The notes beneath the pieces were generated by a model. That model saw only the letters and a program-made list of their open reading frames with translations, was not told the DNA's origin and made no database searches. The position numbers and the translations under genes were made by a program. A DNA stretch of 64,000 nt from Christensenellaceae bacterium (lineage in GTDB: Bacteria > Bacillota > Clostridia > Christensenellales > DTU072): the NCBI GenBank assembly GCA_031259965.1, contig JAIRKT010000022.1, positions 17,997-81,996 on the forward strand. Reading direction: 5' to 3'. This document shows positions 42,201 to 47,700 of this stretch, in pieces. How positions within the stretch are numbered: the first letter of the stretch is position 1; each line of letters starts with the position of its first letter.

Positions 42201-43356
42201 AGTAATAAGTATAATAATTTGATGTCACAATAGGATCAAAAACAGAACTTGCACGATAATACCCTATATCATCAGCACTTTTAACGCTTTGAAATCCTGG
42301 CTTTGCGGCATCGATTGTAGTAGAGAGTGCTTGAGGTGAGGGAGCGTGGACTACATCGTACATATATCCTAGATCACGATCCGGCGCGCCCACTTCACCC
42401 CATATAGATAGTTTTTGCATTTTAACGTAGTTTAGATACCAACATTCGTCAATTTGCAAAGCGATATATCTTGTGTAAACAGAATCGAAATCCATTACAC
42501 GCGCTTCATCACTAAACTCGGGCACTACCGTATTAGTTGATTTTCTTGTGCGTATGTTATTATTTCTTTCAACGTTTGTTGTATCAGTTTTAGTTGTGGT
42601 CGTTGGGTAGTATTGTGTGTTAGAATCAGTGTCACTTATGTTGTGCTGATAGACATTTCTAAAGTAACCATTGGTTTTGAGATTTAAATTAGAAGGTACA
42701 GGAGGCCAATCTGTAACTAAGTCACTAACCCACACCCCATATGTTAGTATGTTATCAAAATAAAAGCTGCTAACACTAGAATCTATGGTTTCAAAAATTA
42801 CACGCGATACGGGCACAACATGCTTTAGATCAATTATAATATAAGAGTGACTAGCTGATCCAGGATCAAATGCTGCAGGGGAGTTTACACTCTCGTCACT
42901 ACTACTACTAACCAAATACGAGCCTGTATTTGATCTGTTATAACCAGATACTGATGAATACCATGTACCCGCATTTGTTGACCATTGTTTGCCGCTAGTC
43001 TCAAGATAATAGGAGTCATAAGATGGGTCCACCCCATCTATGTACTTATTAACATCAAAAGAATCAACAACAGTGCCACCATCAGTTCTATTTGGGTATA
43101 AACCAGCAAGGTATTGTACACTATACTCATACTCGGTAAGAGTGCCAGCAGTATCAGGATAACTGTCTGCGTCGGCTAAAAAATAACCATCACTACCCAA
43201 AATACCCAGTGTTATAGCAAAACACAAAAAAACCATAACAAGCATAGAGGAGAAATATTTGTTAATAATCGTCCTCGAGTGTCTTAAATGGCCTCTGTTT
43301 CTTTCAGATTTTTTAGAGATGAGAGTATTAGACTTGCAAATTGAAATCCTAGACAA
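29149..43356 (-). CDS. Giant secreted/N-terminally anchored surface protein: discoidin x3, GLUG, ~30 MBG/YDG modules, GLUG (4,735 aa)
   Basis: TTG start with a GGGGGGAGGA RBS 5 nt upstream. N-terminal basic region plus TM (MLVMVFLCFAITLGILG). The 14.2-kb frame is uninterrupted. Domain evidence is given in the sub-features. There is no C-terminal TM or LPXTG; the protein ends ...LVIIKKRSGGG. Confidence 0.92.
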   Translation of the reverse strand: MSRISICKSNTLISKKSERNRGHLRHSRTIINKYFSSMLVMVFLCFAITLGILGSDGYFLADADSYPDTAGTLTEYEYSVQYLAGLYPNRTDGGTVVDSFDVNKYIDGVDPSYDSYYLETSGKQWSTNAGTWYSSVSGYNRSNTGSYLVSSSSDESVNSPAAFDPGSASHSYIIIDLKHVVPVSRVIFETIDSSVSSFYFDNILTYGVWVSDLVTDWPPVPSNLNLKTNGYFRNVYQHNISDTDSNTQYYPTTTTKTDTTNVERNNNIRTRKSTNTVVPEFSDEARVMDFDSVYTRYIALQIDECWYLNYVKMQKLSIWGEVGAPDRDLGYMYDVVHAPSPQALSTTIDAAKPGFQSVKSADDIGYYRASSVFDPIVTSNYYTYYYNKFQKIANMSHNMVYGGATKYVLLDLGAVRPISRLQITPSTLEVIGEVEILAATNCMPLDQQPESFFMSTTKAVSIAKHNTGSVFLTPRTLYPIINMTFERIYTRYVYVRVIANTDGISWSHQLSFSELKISDWEFESSTESDKPSDLTSTDMYNLADVSGSYYGSGGYSNYSVAYAPDSEQGNYNASNINDGNNSTIYHSSWETRYNDSEYGLHNQSGSKNDTRITDFNSYIVIDLKETRLVSGITYTRRPDSYSNGTIDRFEIYIDKNMGGTATNVSNSDLLNIGRGNTKFFKLDEGVNPANGIAFFGRDTITTPITFSRLYKARYVVLRATSTWDGNGSNHSTTNNYLSCAELTVQGAVVTKISTKEDLWNNVSSRGLHAGIYVLANDIVVTGKGYNRNPDDSLMNANEISISYGGARHQDKHYSDNNSKNYDAWSSSKNWFTGSLYGNNKTISYNLDWPVATTKPWSDYAYETGNFLASLEREGNSNGEYPNTYHGLLTGQLRGGKIYDLTINVDKSLMLGNVAGVNGMNWTFGIVTGLSRNNSVIQNVKVKLNASVIFAGNHVTDSKGGVGVSLGGFVGQVLNDSQLHNTPVSIINCTFEMASNVALYAATESRVEGAVFGTKQLGSRVGGFIGEIMATKTGGYANTLVVYMKDCKIKGTSTSLIGAYQWTVANGDLVSFAGGIVGNLSRNGESGVHSTLNLDGFIYDFRGTILSNRSGSKGFSGSMDGNAPHGAGLFIGRKMEGCTFNNNSDVFGVAINIYVPEGLNTRIATVYPDSTSFVEAMLDHINTDYRTSTNPTIATKRYIRAFNVEDPFNDTKVKNGQVQMFTYNLPDTLDVGTSSLKHWIGTADTLVAINSGSTSNNKRVAINNIYVGTNKLASSYTPRVTYNSIKDGIIFTTYSMDSGEDVCFSAIDNGGTIYLIYDAVATSWPVFFPKSQASIPKGHAMYYTEAYVQLVDNGSIATLTQQANAEYPEISTLSYSKVYDKKDIVVTYKFENTSFTTLSIVSSISIIETDKSGAPTPVNGSVNSSASYTLLNKEASTHYNSNGYYAIELYDTMDYAKSRTSGKLLYARKFGDGMLFLDGLSIPQYGARENGSVELKITITKKPLSVANATPGPTKTYDGNTTAPYNLTINGWVAGDTQLAITGAGSSGIYYDNQGNPTKDVGQNLTVKYTGLSVHKDQRNYYLGNASQVIQDWSVTNGVINKKNIYVQILKGYSKTYNGLNVAEGFTLSDTGYYKVTDLISTTATHVSATFNTKNAGTNTITVVFNIGNGSEDKNYNLAGTGISGITNSTNSHSFTISGVINKASLSINYTTRFIKVYDANTNASIALNTNYTVAGLVSADDTFTLRSTPTYDSKHVGTDKTITALFSINDGNSGANYAPAVGTNTSTVTGTSNTNYTFTIKGDITVRQITVNAGTPYSRDYNGDNIASVTLNTHYSYANTIESEYPIFVSALFDNKNVGTDKNITVLVNFNDGNPTPGANYKLVNGTATSGGATANSHSFILKGTIFSVSLTITKATNYTKEYNKDYNTPSFNSPTNYTITGFKPGDSASYVSSNFQNYNVGVREIKVIFSISDGNNGNNYTLTAANSSVNTISPLSGNQFSFIVNGTITQKTLTAKAKNPYTKPYDGTNSAAITANTHYEITGFANSSYGSDSFQQTYSAYFDNKNVGTNKDISVIVTISDGNSGDNYNMVADTSTALIVTNATGVNPAFTLKGTITPLAITITRAALFEKTYDSTTTADAFSITTHYTMSNIPLIESSSHIATFDTKHVGTSKVLTVVLTIKATGTNEVTNSNYTLVKGSNILAVETSTLTFTLAANILKRELTVSATSSNYSKPYDDNLTTLITYNNAYYTLVNIATGDTTLVSQTQALFGDKNVGSNKDIFINLSIQDDSTSGNYNLVAGSGTIVQSASPVYAFSIKGSITKVNLTIAGSTSTKFEKVYNKTDSTTITSLSGHYSLDGFQGNDSAFQNSAKFTDTNVGESNTKIQVVLTISDDFNGANYNIVLGSNAYNLSTEVLPQISFNIYGKITEYVLYLTAGNPYTKTYDKNNLTDVTLASSHYTVPQLMGSDQAVQVSATFTDINVGNKTILVLISITDDNNGNNYTLAVDSSSTSSITLNNKTQELNHSFNIPGIITPRSLQVIYDQSLHSVYSKPYNKNSSTEVLQNTHYSFANLAEYQGASDTATQSSALFENVDAGTYKLILITFSITDGNNGKNYTLENAGVVSVGSETQNPYTFKIYGTITRKPITLSKGIPYSKPYDGTTNTVVNLSSNHYSIESLISGDTLTQVSAQFFAKDVIVTDQRVIVVISIQDSSDQTDKNTNYLLTLADGATGIGLTNNTEFWFSASITPKLITITPSAGQQKIYGSPDPSSQSGSAYTFSVSGIITGEVLSYTGSLSRAEGEDVGPYAYNIGSFELSSSGTFIATNYYTEFIDDAYYFNIIQRVILVTMQSTSPVVKSYDGTTQVNISNIIRNTHYTLSNIHNNEAIQISIGSGKYSSKDASATPIDLYLENISLTGDPSITKNYTIASDATILGLINPAQITIEKISNKKFTMTYDGGTDYSGTPPIKDTDYLIKADGVVLSATLKNELSDINISSKTFANKNVSYANNILSVTFNTLVAGSGFKASNFSYTQTILQYDAEVTKCPVGITIKWDYTDSFTYDSSEKIVSVPLTEYFTGIGAEKLSANYSYTNNKKTDVGQYKAEVTVIYSSHAENPGDINNYTVTTYNRQLDWEIIQATIVLTLGTANSVLKNYDGNTQSALAGYVLTGICGEDLIDISGTPSYDTKHAANNKTITINNPQLTGAKSSNYTMTISPSSMLSNKILTLANVGSILPLAVSIKVNKDYASITKYYDGTTALPTAIVFAKDGFYTLSGLLPSEVSYYDASFTAPVYNSRHTDATHVTFVTSSLISTNTTSYPTTNYTFVGINDTVPAKINPAPVTATALESHPVISKTYNGNKQTTTTLTKSYYQLSGFAPGEETYFDILYGTPEYDTKNVSATKVTFTIQSLQSSSLDYWIADYNLTSTYIDFEASITPLVLQVTKGSPYSKEYNGNSDAAITSGSHFTIDPLVTGEDYTIISSNFANKNVSASSNITITLSISDNDGKNYRLASSNINDIIVGDETENNFTFTFTGSIYAKTITINGVTATNRIYDGTTSVQLTGGTLVGIETIDTDLISFSLNTASTDKNVGIDKAVVSAITLEGEASSNYILTQPDYITITISAKTISVSWNYSSPLTFNGETQTITAQSNSTNGVCTGDTITLNLDNNSNRDAGYHTATAIINYDTDDYINYLLDSTASLAYTINPYAIDITNIEVTYSNAVYTWGSTGMIYNGAAHTIAISAVNDSFYNSINDINLTIAFVGLCSCGIGESATYHADHQLALSSTGPVHAGLYWALFSFTGSESANFAFTTEGDGYNATYFEENANDLISLVSVTHDTVDSTLPKTSSSFTGFYNHVIKEFRVSKSFTGVIIDNASPQTVVFNSLNQFVTNLPAQTNAQDISVLIYKEGEDTALLECTFSSYLSEGGLRNAGVYNVVFALSNAASTDSTDCDYTTGIVPSVNIKFTIQPKELRIILTSGLAAPTKVYDASASFTAFSLDTEVSASSSQDNDYKPITGTSIFATASFNSPFVDLANTLTFNLTGTDALNYIIYSIPGTITQKPLNISYPSTNSFEYDGTTKTYNATITGIESSDIPYIQIERLGYSFIASNNYTSSVSFHNIADYDRLSNYSFTIPQLSRAWYITKRVISVTILSSLSKIYDSKTTFEKLDKVDSSYVPLTFTFSNNLVAGNQISGAVGVVYSADTNTLATNAGSHILKVLEDFSSKDGDNNSNYTFNIINNNTGYDILKRKVNIAYLNTLQSLDNVTQISDIQDVILDSITNAYNSGDTILDNEFNTLKAELSSLTVDNITWRTDYASKNLPPYYYFNISLNGETTDIINNYTYNLPFIRIVGFEIKNAETHEFYVKNLNELLNLRYLVDGLTEDGVNYVIYQKADIDGIDAYNGSIYIPAENLTGTYDGGGYTISNLYVDGAGLFKSINGGVVTNLVLRNATISSNSSRVGSVAGTINDSDVFNISFQGTIFITSGESELYAGSIAGYSSNSTFANIEAVGYMFVKSTFDSDFPDFAVGSLIGKYFTDSIEPLLFDSIYSFVDITISSKTTSLSVDGLVGSYDTEILTINGNYLKNSISLNDSILSLDETYALTYSQYQAGANYTSLINLLHSNLLKSYLLADTSISAGTSSNPLKISNFRQLVLMQIYSWASFELLNDIIIPYETYNLQSTGTYYGESYITNGYAIYSSDVSTDIPVFLDTSGQLVIIKKRSGGG
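30560..38860 (-). repeat. Tandem array of ~30 divergent MBG/YDG-type modules of ~90 aa each (approximate bounds)
   Basis: A recurring pattern of K-x-YDG/YNG/YDA-x-T..., Y-x-(L/V)-x-G(L/F)..GD, F-(D/N)-(N/T)-KNVGT-(D/N)-K-x-I-x-V, DGN...NY-x-L and (I/G)TP/K-x-L. The first instance is TKTYDGNTTAPYNLTINGWVAGD at ~38815. The copies differ at the DNA level, so this is not a recent amplification. Confidence 0.65.
39890..41130 (-). other. N-proximal GLUG-motif module (approximate bounds)
   Basis: ISTKEDLWNNVSS...GIYVLANDIVV is followed by GVSLGGFVGQVLN, SRVGGFIGEIM and SFAGGIVGNLSRNG. Confidence 0.55.
41130..43090 (-). other. Three discoidin (F5/8 type C)-like modules (approximate bounds)
   Basis: HSYIIIDLKHVVPVSRVIFET, ATKYVLLDLGAVRPISRLQITPS and FNSYIVIDLKETRLVSGITYTRRPDSYSNGTIDRFEIYIDKN all match the x-I-x-(I/L)DL-x(4-6)-(I/V)-x-(R/G)-(I/L/V) core of PF00754/CBM32-type domains. 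Confidence 0.55.
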
Positions 43357-43459
43357 TCTAATCCTCCCCCCAGAAGTCGCAACTCATATAATATTTCCTA
43401 ATTATTAAGATTTCGAATAATCAGATCAAACTTATTATTGTTCAATAGACTATCTTTAG

Positions 43460-43488
43460 AGTATAACTTATGTAAAATTCCATGTCAG
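43460..43488 (-). promoter_or_regulatory. Proximal promoter of the 4,735-aa gene
   Basis: On the minus strand: CTGACA (43488-43483), 17-nt spacer, TATACT (43465-43460). It implies a ~95-nt leader. Confidence 0.4.
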
Positions 43489-43603
43489 TATCCAAACATA
43501 TGTCCCCAGAGAAGATATGAATTTCTTAATTTTTGATAAAGAATAAATTGTTAACAAAACTCGCAAGGCACATAGAACAAGGTACATTACTAAATTAATA
43601 AAT

Positions 43604-43625
43604 AAAAGGCGAGCCCCGCTTTTAT
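43604..43625 (-). terminator. Terminator-like hairpin in the divergent intergenic region
   Basis: The minus-strand RNA reads AAAAGCGGGGCUCGCCUUUUAUUUAUU. The stem has 3 G-C and 4 A-U pairs with one bulge. A/T runs on both sides make it potentially bidirectional. Confidence 0.35.
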
Positions 43626-44199
43626 TAAATAAAATATAATACAAAATACGAGAAAATATGCCAAAACTCATGCAGGGCTAGTTTTAGCAATTTGTGCCTA
43701 CAGTAAATAGTAGCATTTTAAAATAATAAAAGAAACAAAAGTAGAAACGCATGTCAAAAAAACTACTAGGCGTTATATGCTAAAGCCTGGGAGGTTTAAG
43801 AGCAATGTAGAAAACCAGATAGTTCAAATTGGTTTAAACGAGTTAAACATCAAAATGAGCATACAAAAGCCTGCATGGCTGTGACACAGCGCGCCTAATT
43901 TTTAAGTCTTAAGCGTTTTGTAAAAACTATAAAAAATTCTAAATCAGCACCTCTTTATCAAAAAAATTTGGAATATTACCAGCTAACGCAGCAACTTGCA
44001 GTGACTTGCCACTAAGCTAGATGGAAAACAAAAACCCTAATTAATTTTTGAACGCATAAAAAACTAAACACGAGACTTTAACATAGTAAGAGCTTAGTAT
44101 TTTAATAAAAATCTATTTAAAGAAAAACAAAAGATTTTCATATCCATATATATAATAACATATTTATATAATAAATTAACAGAGTAAATTTACAATTTT
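43604..44199 (-). ncRNA. Candidate ~0.6-kb non-coding transcript or regulated long leader (hypothetical)
   Basis: It is bounded by the consensus promoter at 44206-44234 and the hairpin at 43604-43625. It contains no ORF with an RBS. A noticeably G+C-richer core lies at ~43740-43900. Confidence 0.25.
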
Positions 44200-44205
44200 A
44201 CCAAA

Positions 44206-44234
44206 ATTATACCATATGGCAATAGTAAAATCAA
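44206..44234 (-). promoter_or_regulatory. Orphan consensus promoter inside the divergent intergenic region
   Basis: On the minus strand: TTGATT (44234-44229), exact 17-nt spacer, TATAAT (44211-44206). The hexamers and spacing are the same as in the promoter of the 4,126-aa gene. Confidence 0.5.
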
Positions 44235-44555
44235 GTTTAGTATATATTTTCAAAGAAAAGTAGTAGTTAAAGAATGATAGACATTTTTCATAACTAATAA
44301 TTTTGAAACTTTTTCGAGCACATATGGCCTTGTTAATGAGCTATGCTTTGATTTTTTTATCTTTCTTATCAAGGGCTGCGCTATAATTAGCCTGCTGAAT
44401 GCTGAGTATATAGTCTTTTTTAGCTAAAATAATAATTTAAATTTTTAGTTGATTATGTGTGTGATAGGTTTTCTGAATTAGTTTGGTTTTTAACTATTTT
44501 AAGATAAAAATAAGTAAAATCGCAGCACGTTCTTAAGACAAATAGCTGCTCTCTC

Positions 44556-44584
44556 TTGATTAAATATTACTTTTAATATATAAT
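44556..44584 (+). promoter_or_regulatory. Promoter of the 4,126-aa surface-protein gene
   Basis: TTGATT (44556-44561), 17-nt spacer, TATAAT (44579-44584). Confidence 0.6.
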
Positions 44585-44596
44585 ATATAATAAATA

Positions 44597-44624
44597 TTTG
44601 CGCACAAAGCGCGTGTTGCGCAAA
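44597..44624 (+). promoter_or_regulatory. GC-rich 5'-UTR hairpin
   Basis: TTTGCGCA (44597-44604) pairs perfectly with TGCGCAAA (44617-44624) around the 12-nt loop CAAAGCGCGTGT. It lies about +7 to +35 from the predicted TSS. Confidence 0.5.
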
Positions 44625-44713
44625 AATTAAGGATTGCACCCTTAAAAAGGTCTTTTTATGCTGTTTAATTGACGTTAAATAAGGTTTTTTTTGGTTGTGT
44701 GCTGGAGTAAGTA

Positions 44714-47700
44714 ATGAGCGATGGTTTATCAAATATAGGTCGTGCTAAATTTTCTGTACGCAGTGCAAGGCATATTGGTATTATTGTCTGTATAGTGTTG
44801 ATAATAGCTTCTGCGATAGTTGCGGCTGTTCTAATATCAAAAGCCGCACCCATAGAGGATCTTCCCGCCAAGAAAATTACGGCCATACTGCCTGAGAACG
44901 ATGCTAGGATAGGTTTGAACGCAAACCTTGACTCTGTCAACGTGCGTGTAGTGTATAGTGATGGGTCGAGCGAAATAAAAACCTTGACTGACTTGTCTGT
45001 AACAGGTCTTGATACAACCAAACCAGGTGAACTTGAGAATGTAGTGCTTAATTTTGGTGGTTTTGTACAGATTGTTTCATATACTGTCATGCCGATTGAA
45101 AAAGTTATAAAATACTTAGCTTTAGAGGGTGGATCAATTGAAGGCGATGCGGAGCAACATGTCCCATCAGGTGGCAGTGCGACATCGGTTAGAGCAAATC
45201 CAGATGAGGGATATAGGTTTGTAGAGTGGTCTGATGGTGTGAAACAAGCGCAACGCACTGATTTAATGGTCTCACAAGACAAACAACTCTCAGCTTCTTT
45301 TGCTAAGTTAAAATACTTAGTTATATTCTACTATCCAAATGGTACGACGGGCCGCGAAAAATATATTGAACATGGCGATCCTGTAATTGACATTCCATCG
45401 GAAGAAAACGACAAGGAAATGCAACTTTATGGATACAAATTTGTAAGCTGGAATGTTGATAATTCAGAAATAAGTCGTGTAACTCGTGAACTTCATATTT
45501 ATCCTCAATACGAAAAATATTCAGCTGATTTCTCATTAGAAATATCAACATCGGCAGACGGGCTGGCACTGGCCTCCACGTCTGGACTTAGAGAATATTA
45601 CACACTAGAAGAAACTGCCTCTTTAACTATAATACCAAATCCAGAGCGCACATTTGTTGGTTTTGAGATTTTGACAGCGGGCAACATCTGGGTTAGCCTT
45701 GCGGCAGCTGACGATAGTGGGCCAAAAACCTCTGCCTATGCTATAGGGAGTTCTAACAACTTAATCACCTTTATATCCTCTAAAAATGGTGTAAGAGATG
45801 AGTATTTATTAACATTTGTACCAACTTCTCAAACAACCTCAATCCAGGTAAGAGCTCGTCTCGTCTACGATACAAGTGAAATCTCCTTTACTTCTATGAG
45901 TTTAGTTGTGCGCTCTCCCATAAATTTAGCGCTAAATCAGACGATAGGCAGTTTCTTTTCAGTTGGATCTAGCTCAGATGAATTGTTTGTAGCGGTTCTT
46001 CCTCCATCCGCTGACGGATATGAATTTCGTGGTTGGTATATAAAGGATGGTGCGGTTAATGATTCGGGTGAGCCAGTTTTAATAACGAATAGTACCACCT
46101 TTGAGCGTCCTACGGAACTTATCGCATACCATGTTAAAAAAGTGTATACTATAACCTTCTCAAAAGGAAATATTCAAGGTACTGTTTTTGCGGAGCGCAG
46201 TATAAAACTATACTGGCAGGAGGTGTTGGGTGGCGCTGGTGAAAACGCCTTCCCTGACGCCATTCCGCAATTAACAAATTACACATTCGTTGGTTGGTAT
46301 AGACTAAACGGTGAAGTGGAAACTGATAATTTTGTAGATAAAACTACTCGAGTTGATGGTGATATGCAACTATATCCCAAATTTCTAGTAAACACTAAAA
46401 AACTCCTAATAGAAGCTGACGGATCTGGTGAAATTACAATCGCAAAAAATGATGGCACTCCAGTTAGTGTTTATGGCAACTATTCACTCGAGGTGAACCA
46501 GAAATACACAATCAAATTCCTTGCAGCTGAGGGTTACATAGTATATAGCTCTGCAATTACATTAGATGACGGTGTTCCTAACACGACCATACAAAACGTA
46601 AGCGAATATACATACGTGATTGGCGCGAATAATACTACAATTATCCACGATTATCGCATAAAAATCACCTTTACTAGGCGATTGCATGAGGCAATGATTT
46701 CTAATGGAGATGGACAAAACAATGGAATTGTTGAGTATGATGATATACTAGAAGGCAATGAAAATGGAAATTATACTCATATTTCATCTGATGATAGTGC
46801 TTTTACAATTAAAATAGCCCATGGTTCTGGTAAAATTTTGTGGATAACCGCAAAAGAGGGTTATTATATTAGCGCAATTACTATAGGCGGGGTGCCTGTA
46901 TCCAATCTCCCAATGACAAGTCAGTATTCTGCAGTTTTGCAAGAAGTATACGGCAATATGAGTGTTGAAATCACATATAGCCCGATAACATTTTCGTCAA
47001 TTATAATTCCATCCACTAATGGGAGTGTTGAAAGAAGCAATCATGGCAGTGCTACACACACATACGGAGATAATCCTGAATTTAGAATTGAAGCGGAAGC
47101 CGGTTATTACATTAGCAAGGTTGTATTAGATGGTGTGGTTGTTAATCCATATCTAACAACAGCTTCATCCTCATATATAATTTCGCACATTGTTGTTTTA
47201 GGCAAAGAATACCAGCCAGTTGAAGGTGTGAATCATGATGAGCGCACTGAGAAATATAATATTCAAGTAATCGGAAGGAGTGTTGATTTCACGATTGAAG
47301 CGGAATTTACACCGATTTATTATAAAATCCAAACCACTACAGAGGGGCTAGGTGAAGCTCGCGCAGCACAGGACCGTGTGGGATTTGGTGGCAGTGTCCT
47401 TATTAATGCATCGACACTAAGTAACTATTATGTCGCGAGTTATCAGGTTAATGATGAATCTCAAATGTTGTTTGGAGATAGTGCACAAAGCACTTCACAA
47501 AGCATAAAACTAGAGAATATAACCGAAGACAAATTAGTTAAAATAATTTTCTCTGGTAAAGTCTATTCAATTTCGTTTATTGGTGCAAACAACATGGCAA
47601 CTGTTGAATTTGTTAGTGCCGCTACTTCCAAACCAGAAACACATAATTTGAATTATACCGCATTAGTAGAAGCTGGAACTACCGCTGAATTTACAATAAA

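Noticed and set aside
43357-43380. G6 run in the RBS of the 4,735-aa gene (GGGGGGAGGA), and the T8 run at 44685-44692 before the 4,126-aa gene, as slipped-strand phase-variation switches
   Set aside because: The tracts are short (6-8 nt) and lie outside the coding sequence. Without population or read-level length variation there is no support, so I note them only as something to check in raw reads.
43468-44732. Small minus-strand ORFs 43468-43671 (67 aa) and 44499-44732 (77 aa) in the divergent intergenic region
   Set aside because: Neither has an RBS. The first runs straight through the terminator-like hairpin and the proximal promoter. The second overlaps the promoter, leader hairpin and start codon of the 4,126-aa gene. 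They are more plausibly non-coding regulatory DNA.
44665-45282. 205-aa minus-strand ORF overlapping the start of the 4,126-aa gene
   Set aside because: It is antisense to a gene with a strong promoter, RBS and coherent domain content. It has no RBS of its own, and its low-complexity S/P/T/C-rich translation is typical of a shadow frame.
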